Assembly (NCBI GenBank): GCA_026398435.1
Contig: JAPLSW010000057.1
Span: forward strand, 17,715-81,714
Source of the DNA: Chlamydiota bacterium
GTDB lineage: Bacteria > Chlamydiota > Chlamydiia > Chlamydiales > Rhabdochlamydiaceae
Length of the DNA: 64,000 nucleotides
Reading direction: 5' to 3'
The position numbers were made by a program, and so were the translations under genes. The notes beneath the pieces were generated by a model, which saw only the letters and a program-made list of their open reading frames with translations, did no database searches and had not been told where the DNA came from. Shown one piece after another: positions 57,601 to 64,000 of the stretch. The first letter of the stretch is position 1. Each line of letters opens with the position of its first letter.

Positions 57601-58899
57601 TTAGGCCCTAAGTATTTCAATGAACTCTTCGTAAACCTGATGAATTGTTATTCGATGAGCGTCTTTTGGAACAAGCATCCGCTGTATAAGTCTTTGCATT
57701 TCCGGGGGCTCTGTCGGCGGAACATCGACAAGTGGCACCTGCCCACCTGGCAAAGGTTTAAAAGTGATTTGATCCATATATTTTAAAATAGATAAGGCTG
57801 AGGTTGAATCTTCAGCATTCTCAATCCAAGGAGGGAGCTCTCCAGAAAATAGCTGATAAAAAATGACCCCGAGTGACCAAACATCTAAAGGATGGTCATT
57901 AGCCCTCTCTTGTTTTTCCTCGTAAATCGATTGGGACCTTAAAAAATCAGCATCTGCTCTAGCCAAGTGCTTATGATGAACAGGTATTCCCCTAGATATT
58001 TTATCTTTTAAATAATCCACTTCCGCCATAGCTGATGTAAAATCTTCCATAGCATCAAGGGCGACTAAATAATCTGGAGAACAATACCAGACGGTTGTGT
58101 TGTGGTTACGTCTCCAACTCGCGTCTGATAAGTGTGCATAAGAACCGTAATCTCCAATAACTAAGTTAAGCTTTCCTTCTATATCTACTTCCAAATAAAT
58201 ATTTTCAGGTTTTAAGTCGCCATGAATCGCAACATGAGCATGGATCGTCATAAGCCCCCTAATCATTTGGAGAGCGGCGCTACAACGCCTTGTATCTAAA
58301 GAGGAAAATCTCATCGCCTTAGATAAACTACCGGCATTATACAAAGGGCTTAGAACTAAAGTATTTACCATACCCTTACTATCAGGAATACGGTAGGAAA
58401 TAGTTCTCTCTAAGGACAAAAGATTCTTCATACCTCGATGAGATTCCAGAACAGCGATTTCCCTATATGGCTCATAATCTGACTGTAATGGTAAAGGACC
58501 AAAGATCCTCTGAAAGCTGTAGCCTGTCAATATTTTCCCTGCAACAAGATCTATAACCGGAAAAACTGTTTTAAAAGAGCCTTTACCAATAGGGACTCTT
58601 GAAAGAACGATAATATCGTTCTTTGGAAAAACAAAATAAACAGAAGATCTATACACATCTTCCCAGATAAAAGGGCTAGTTGAAGTTTCGAAATGATGCA
58701 TGATCTGCTCTTGTCGAACCTGAAAGATCACCTTGATTCGCTCGATTTCTCTTTGATGCCATCCGAATTCTGTTAAAGAGATCTCACCTGCAGGACTTAT
58801 AACAAATTGTGAGGTTGCAGCAGAAGACACAGGAGTCGGCGCTTCTTCTCTTAGATCACAGAAAGTATGGATAAGAGGAAATGTTGGACTAGTTACCAT
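57601..58899 (-). CDS. Eukaryotic-like Ser/Thr protein kinase (divergent)
   Basis: IGKGSFKTVF G-loop, HGDLKPENIYL catalytic loop, IGDYGS (DFG variant) and DVWSLGVIFYQLFSG. Confidence 0.7.
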   Translation of the reverse strand: MVTSPTFPLIHTFCDLREEAPTPVSSAATSQFVISPAGEISLTEFGWHQREIERIKVIFQVRQEQIMHHFETSTSPFIWEDVYRSSVYFVFPKNDIIVLSRVPIGKGSFKTVFPVIDLVAGKILTGYSFQRIFGPLPLQSDYEPYREIAVLESHRGMKNLLSLERTISYRIPDSKGMVNTLVLSPLYNAGSLSKAMRFSSLDTRRCSAALQMIRGLMTIHAHVAIHGDLKPENIYLEVDIEGKLNLVIGDYGSYAHLSDASWRRNHNTTVWYCSPDYLVALDAMEDFTSAMAEVDYLKDKISRGIPVHHKHLARADADFLRSQSIYEEKQERANDHPLDVWSLGVIFYQLFSGELPPWIENAEDSTSALSILKYMDQITFKPLPGGQVPLVDVPPTEPPEMQRLIQRMLVPKDAHRITIHQVYEEFIEILRA

Positions 58900-59026
58900 G
58901 GAGGCTCTTTAGAGTTAAAAAAGGCAATAAATTTACGATAGAAAATGGTTTTTTTCACTATAAATCGCATAGAAAATAAGAATATTCAAGAGGGGAAATA
59001 AGGGCGGGGAAACCCGCCCTTAAAAA

Positions 59027-60568
59027 TTAATTTTGAGCTGTTTCTAATACAGGCTTGCCAAAGTTTGGTTTGACAGTTTCTTTGCCACTGACCTTTTTAA
59101 AGAGGCCTCCGACTTTAACGACAGAGGTGATCCAAGAAATCAGAACAACGAATAAGATAATCGCAATATACGGAGTAGAAAGGGCTACACTTCCAAGCAT
59201 TATAATAAGACCTTGGTAGGCAAGAGATGACCCGGATTTTCCAATGCCTGAGCCAAGTCCGTCAATTGCCGCTTTTCCCTTGGTCTTAGCATCAGAATCA
59301 AGAGGTAAAAATGCAAGTTCTTTAGAGGCATCAAACAGGGAATATTTACCCGCCTTGCTAAGACAATTCTGCATGGAGCCAAAATACACTGTTAATACAA
59401 AGGGGGAAGCCCCGAATAAAGTCATGGCAAAGGCGGTAAGGCCATTTCCACAGAATAAGAAGGTAAAGAAGCCAACGGCCATTATAGCCATAATAGCAGG
59501 GGTTAAAATCGCAGTAAATGTCCAGCCTAGACGATTAACCATCATGGAAAAAAGGAGCCCACCAACTGTTGCAACGATTCCAATACCGACAGTAATAGAG
59601 TTCATATGAACGAGCATCTCATTTGGGTCAGTAAAATATCTTTTAAGCTGCTCTTTCCAAAGGATGTCGGTGATATTAATCGAGATGTTATACCCTAGAA
59701 CGATAATAGCTAGGCAAGTGAGGTATCTTGATTTAGAAATATATTTTATACTATCGCGAATGGAAAGTCTGATCTTTTCTTTAGGGACATAGGTTGTATC
59801 TAATGCTTTTTCTTTATCAATCACATTTCTATTGATCCAATAGAAAAGGATCATGGCGCTAATGCCAAGGACCGTTAGCATGATAACAATGTTTACCAAG
59901 GTTTGTCTCCAAGCATCCCCTGAGGCTGAAGCTGGTGATAAAGAGAGAAACTTACCACAAATAATCCCTATAGCCCCCCCAAGAATGGGAGCGACATTAG
60001 ATCCAATATTTAAAATACCGTAGGTCCTCTTAGCTTGAGAGACATTGGTTACATCGTTGGCAAATCCCCAAAAAAGGATCGAAAGAACAACAGCTGCCCA
60101 AAGCTCTGAAATCACATAAAATGTAGTAAAGGACCAGTTGCGTATCATCGCTATAAGACCTTTAAATCCCGCTGGAAGATTCGCTGTTAACCAGTCGCCT
60201 AAACGATCTAGATGAAGCGTGTCACTGTTAGGATGAATAACGAACGCAAAGAGGATAAAATAGGCTAGAAACGAGGAGATAATAATATAAAATACTGTTT
60301 CTCTGTTAAAAACTCGATATAACCTAGTATATATCCAGGTGGCTGCGAAAGCTGCCGGTAGCATCCCCCATACTTTAAGAAAAGGGATGACCTCAGCCCC
60401 AGAATGTTTGGCAGTAAGAACGATCGTGTCCTTAAGATTTCGTAATACACTGTAGCATATACAAAGTAAAAAAAGAAGAATGAGCATAGATACTACTTTT
60501 TTGAGCTCTGATCGATGTACTGGCCATAGAAGAGAACGGAGAAATCCAAATTTTTTTTCCGAAGACAT
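59027..60568 (-). CDS. ntt: NTT-family nucleotide (ATP/ADP) translocase
   Basis: N-terminus KKFGFLRSLLWPVHRSELKKV...LRNLKDTIV and 12 TM helices are typical of chlamydial/rickettsial Npt/Tlc. Start moved to ATG 60568. Confidence 0.9.
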   Translation of the reverse strand: MSSEKKFGFLRSLLWPVHRSELKKVVSMLILLFLLCICYSVLRNLKDTIVLTAKHSGAEVIPFLKVWGMLPAAFAATWIYTRLYRVFNRETVFYIIISSFLAYFILFAFVIHPNSDTLHLDRLGDWLTANLPAGFKGLIAMIRNWSFTTFYVISELWAAVVLSILFWGFANDVTNVSQAKRTYGILNIGSNVAPILGGAIGIICGKFLSLSPASASGDAWRQTLVNIVIMLTVLGISAMILFYWINRNVIDKEKALDTTYVPKEKIRLSIRDSIKYISKSRYLTCLAIIVLGYNISINITDILWKEQLKRYFTDPNEMLVHMNSITVGIGIVATVGGLLFSMMVNRLGWTFTAILTPAIMAIMAVGFFTFLFCGNGLTAFAMTLFGASPFVLTVYFGSMQNCLSKAGKYSLFDASKELAFLPLDSDAKTKGKAAIDGLGSGIGKSGSSLAYQGLIIMLGSVALSTPYIAIILFVVLISWITSVVKVGGLFKKVSGKETVKPNFGKPVLETAQN

Positions 60569-60643
60569 GCTTTGCCACTGGGTTGAGGTTTGCTTAAACC
60601 CTTCCACAATACAAAATTTCCTTTTTATATTCAAAGAAAAAAA

Positions 60644-60677
60644 TTCAAAAAAAGAGACCGCTTTTACCGGTCTCTTT
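60644..60677 (-). terminator. Rho-independent terminator of the 362-aa gene
   Basis: On the minus strand: AAAGAGACCG-gtaaaag-CGGTCTCTTT followed by a T-run. Confidence 0.75.
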
Positions 60678-60719
60678 AAATTCAATTTTTATTTAATGGT
60701 AAATAGTTTTTTTAAATCT

Positions 60720-61808
60720 TCAGAGGCTACTTCTTCGCAGCTGATGGCCTGGATGTTCTATTCCTGGCAGATCGCTTACAGACCGCAAATCACCACAACT
60801 TTGCACTTTCAGTAAACCATCTGTAACAACTTCACCTCCAGCTTCTATCTCAAGCTCCGCAGGAGCTGCTTCGATAGCTTCTGAAGCCACGCCCTCCACT
60901 CCACTTCCACTAAGGCGAAAGGAACTGCGCAATTGCTCTAGCAAGGAAAAACCAACTAAAGCTCTCTCTTCATCTGATCCTAGCCCAGGACTCTCAGCCA
61001 CCTCTAAAGGCAGTCTTTCTGGTTCAGGACCTACGCGCCCCACACAGCTCCCACTAAGTCCAAAGGAACGGTGCAATTGCTGCAGCAAGAATGAATCAGC
61101 CTTGCCCAATGCAGGACCCCTAACACCTTCTAAGGCCACATCTACAGGTGGCCTAGCAGACCGCATGACAAAGGCTCCTGCATCAGCTGAGAATCTCGAT
61201 GGTGGTGGAGCCACAAATACTGGGGCAGCCGCTGAGAATCTCGATGGTGGTTCCGTAATAACCGGAGTTCTAGGATCCAAGCCAAGCACCCACCTGCTAA
61301 ATAGACTTTCTATTCGTACTATAATTTCTCGATCACCAGATATTTGACTTTCCAACGCTCCGTTTAGATCCACAATCCCACTATCTGTTATTTGCGGCAT
61401 CCCTCCACTTAGAGAAGGGGTCACTAACTTTAAAGAGTATGTGAGTCTTGCTGAATCATGAAAAAGGGACATGGCATCCCTGCACCCTGCCAAAGTCGAT
61501 AAAAGTGCAGATACCCTCCAAACTTCCCCCGTTTGCAGCGCAGCTGTAACCACGGCAAGACACTCTTCCTCAGCGGGATGATTATGGTGAAGCTCTAATG
61601 ATTCAGAAACAGGAACATCCAAAGAACCTGAATATACAGAGCTCCAAAGGCGGGTTATAGACTTGCCAGGCATAGTCGGAATAAAGCCATCCCCAACATC
61701 CGGCTTAAGTAAATTAGCAACAACCGGTGGTTGCCCCCCTGCCCCACCTACACTATGGTAATAAACAACTACATCGTGAGAGACTGCCGCCTTAGCACTA
61801 ATTGACAT
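60720..61808 (-). CDS. Hypothetical protein with internal tandem repeats; paralogue of the next gene
   Basis: 362 aa. The N-terminal domain shares SESL...H.HP and C.D....FH.D.....Y.L blocks with 61869-62426. Internal repeats are PPSRFSA.A..FV x2 and LL.QL..SF.LSGS.V x2. Confidence 0.6.
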   Translation of the reverse strand: MSISAKAAVSHDVVVYYHSVGGAGGQPPVVANLLKPDVGDGFIPTMPGKSITRLWSSVYSGSLDVPVSESLELHHNHPAEEECLAVVTAALQTGEVWRVSALLSTLAGCRDAMSLFHDSARLTYSLKLVTPSLSGGMPQITDSGIVDLNGALESQISGDREIIVRIESLFSRWVLGLDPRTPVITEPPSRFSAAAPVFVAPPPSRFSADAGAFVMRSARPPVDVALEGVRGPALGKADSFLLQQLHRSFGLSGSCVGRVGPEPERLPLEVAESPGLGSDEERALVGFSLLEQLRSSFRLSGSGVEGVASEAIEAAPAELEIEAGGEVVTDGLLKVQSCGDLRSVSDLPGIEHPGHQLRRSSL

Positions 61809-61868
61809 ATCGCAACCTTTTATTAGTATGTTTTATAAAAATTCCGTAAAACTATAAACAAATCGCAA

Positions 61869-62426
61869 TTATAAATTAAATGCCATTACGGGAGCTCTAC
61901 ACATCCCTTGTCTTTCTAAAGCTTGCATGTATATGTTTTGTAAAACAGGAAGAAGAGCATCATGTTCGATACAATTGCTTTCTACAACCCCTCTGACACT
62001 TATAGTCCTTTCGCTTACAGAAGAAGAATGGACAGGACGTGATCTTAAAGTATATGAGCAAGAATGATTATCAAGATGAAATTGATGCTTATCTTTACAA
62101 GCTTGTACACGTGATATTAGGTCGGAAATCGTCGCTAAATCCCCTCGAGTTGAAGCTTCCGCAGCGATCAATAGAGCATTAGTAAAAGAGGGATGGACGT
62201 GAGTAATAGTTAATGATTCAGATTCCACTGAAGCAATAGCAGATCTGCCTCGAGCATCAAATAAGGTAACAACCATACCTGATTCAGCTCCAGTAAATAA
62301 ACGCCCAGCTTCGTGTAATACACCTTGAACAACAACTGGCGTTGCATCCAAGTGATAACAACCATATCTAACTGTTAAATCTGAGCTAACTTCTCTTTGT
62401 GAATTTGCGTTAACTGGACTCGCCAT
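61869..62426 (-). CDS. Hypothetical protein, paralogue of the N-terminal domain of 60720-61808
   Basis: 185 aa, with the shared motif blocks listed for the neighbouring gene. Confidence 0.55.
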   Translation of the reverse strand: MASPVNANSQREVSSDLTVRYGCYHLDATPVVVQGVLHEAGRLFTGAESGMVVTLFDARGRSAIASVESESLTITHVHPSFTNALLIAAEASTRGDLATISDLISRVQACKDKHQFHLDNHSCSYTLRSRPVHSSSVSERTISVRGVVESNCIEHDALLPVLQNIYMQALERQGMCRAPVMAFNL

Positions 62427-63011
62427 GATGCAACCTTAAATTAAAATTTAATGAAAATAAATGAATTTGCTAATCCAAAGCAAATTTAAATTTCACGTAA
62501 TATCACATAAATAATACATTGAAATCAATTTCAAATAAATTATTTACAAGAAGCCGTAATGACCGATTTAGAAATTTTAAAATTAAATTTAATAATCAAT
62601 AATTCCAATAAACGAGCTAATTTTAAATTGTTCAATAAAAATCAACTAGAACCTACAAAATTAAAATCAGGCTCTTAAAAAACTAACTGCTATAAAGTTG
62701 AGTAAAATTCGCAATCGCTTTGTTTACAATACTTTACAAAATAGCGCAATCGCAAAAAAAGGTTAACTCTAGGCGTTTCTTGCCCGATTTAGCATGACTT
62801 TTCGCGTTACAGAAAACTACTGCGCTTTTAAAAGATTTATTTTATTTTATCAACGGAGAATTAAAAAATACCACTATAAATATTTTAAATAACTTGATAA
62901 TATTTCACACGACTATCTATAATTAGTAGAAATATATACTAATACAATATTCTTAATGCAGGTTCTGCATTATATTGTCGAATCTAAACAAATAAATTTA
63001 TTGAGGTTTAA

Positions 63012-64000
63012 ATGAGTTCTTTTGGACGCAGCACTGGCTTATCTGGGTACCATCCTAGAGTATCTCACCTTCCCCCAATACCAGAAGAACTAGATGAAGA
63101 CCCTACGGACATTCCAGCCGCTGCAGATTCTTTAGCCTCGCCCTCTGCTGCTTCAGCCGCTGCGGCTCATTCTTTACCTAGACAACCTGCTGGTTCAGCC
63201 TGGGCTTCTTCTCCTTTACCCTCTGTTGCTCTTGCTTCAGTGTTGGATGCTCAACTACACCGTAATACACATCATGGTCAAAGAGAGGAAGCAGAACACG
63301 CAGCTGCTATAGCACTCCAAGCAGCTAGAGCTACAGACCGTGACGCAAATGCGGCACTGGAAGTCGCTATAGGTGCAGTTAAAGCTGCATGGCCTGATCA
63401 ATTTAATCAATATTTAGCCTCCGTTCCTACTGCTTCAGTCTTGACTACTCCTTCTCTAGCTGCTTCACCTGCTGGTTCAGCTTGGACTACTTCTTCTTTA
63501 GCCTCGCCCTCTGCTGCTTCAGCCGCTGCGGCTCATTCTTTACCTAGACAACCTGCTGGTTCAGCCTGGACTTCTTCCTCCTTACCCTCGGTTGCTCTAG
63601 CATCAGTCTCCTCAGCTTCTTCTTTACACTCGGTTCCTACTTCTTTAGCTAGATCACCTGCTGGTTCAGCTTGGACTTCTTCTTTAGCCTCGCCCTCTGC
63701 TGCTTCAGCCGCTGCGGCTCATTCTTTACCCAGATCACCTGCTAGTTCAGCCTGGGCTTCTTCCTGTTTACCCTTGGTTGCTTCAGCTTCCTCAGCTTCT
63801 TCTTTAACCTCGCCCCCTACTGGTTCAGCCTCGGCTGCTCCACAAGACTCTGCAACACGTTTTTATAAAAGGATAGAGAGTGAACAGAATGAATCAATAG
63901 AATTATCACGGAAAGAAACAGCTAAATGCTTAAGAGAACTTTCTATTCCACCTCAAGATTATGATATAAATAATTTCTTCGAGTATCTGCAAAATGCCAC
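63012..64000 (+). CDS. Ser/Ala/Pro-rich repeat protein (partial, runs off the right edge)
   Basis: ATG 63012 opens a frame with no stop to nt 64000. This ORF is absent from the supplied track, probably because it is open-ended. It has three near-identical ~75-nt repeats encoding SLASPSAASAAAAHSLPR.PAGSAW. Confidence 0.65.
   Translation, partial: MSSFGRSTGLSGYHPRVSHLPPIPEELDEDPTDIPAAADSLASPSAASAAAAHSLPRQPAGSAWASSPLPSVALASVLDAQLHRNTHHGQREEAEHAAAIALQAARATDRDANAALEVAIGAVKAAWPDQFNQYLASVPTASVLTTPSLAASPAGSAWTTSSLASPSAASAAAAHSLPRQPAGSAWTSSSLPSVALASVSSASSLHSVPTSLARSPAGSAWTSSLASPSAASAAAAHSLPRSPASSAWASSCLPLVASASSASSLTSPPTGSASAAPQDSATRFYKRIESEQNESIELSRKETAKCLRELSIPPQDYDINNFFEYLQNA

Noticed and set aside
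60480-60815. 111-aa plus-strand ORF across the ntt 5' end, a terminator and the end of the 362-aa gene
   Set aside because: It crosses a clear rho-independent terminator and two better-supported minus-strand genes.

Overview
This 64-kb window comes from a moderately AT-rich bacterial chromosome that reads like a member of the Chlamydiae, probably an environmental or amoeba-associated lineage. Supporting markers are an NTT-type ATP/ADP translocase, a tandem-fused 1,886-aa UvrA, a PknD-type kinase with the DWG variant, cdaA-ybbR, cytochrome bd, and many orphan ORFs behind TTAATTAA-rich upstream regions. The housekeeping backbone is: (thrS-like)-infC-rpmI-rplT-pheS; folC, a PHP phosphoesterase, murB, nusB; dps; cydAB; cdaA-ybbR-glycosyltransferase-lpxL-rsmE; pyk; uvrA; trpS; pknD; valS; an alanine/Na+ symporter; fumC; ntt; plus tRNA-Ser(UGA) and tRNA-Val(GAC). 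Between these blocks lie accessory or orphan regions. The strongest candidates for something new are listed here. (1) A 758-aa ORF (40824-43100) fuses DUF4116 repeats and ankyrin repeats to a C-terminal domain that matches eukaryotic HECT E3 ligases at the sequence level (HTCFN catalytic-Cys motif), with a C11 homopolymer in its promoter region. (2) A cassette next to valS (about 49.6-52.6 kb) is bracketed by ~100-bp direct repeats and encodes a BlaI-type repressor, a sensor-less BlaR1/M56 protease and an orphan 286-aa protein. Three TACTAC-N4-GTAGTA (cop-box-like) palindromes link these genes, and a decayed duplicate of the valS 3' end lies beside the cassette. (3) A ThrRS paralogue sits in the ancestral thrS slot upstream of infC. 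By eye it has lost the TGS domain, the editing motifs and the catalytic/Zn motifs, and it starts 7 nt after a tRNA-Val. Other notable points: pknD has a frame-disrupted N-terminus; an effector-like gene is split by an in-frame TAG; two 26-bp palindromes covary; a decayed island lies next to tRNA-Ser; and the right end carries a repeat-rich orphan gene family. No CRISPR array, rRNA or intact transposase was seen. All domain calls come from reading the translations by eye, and no database search was run.
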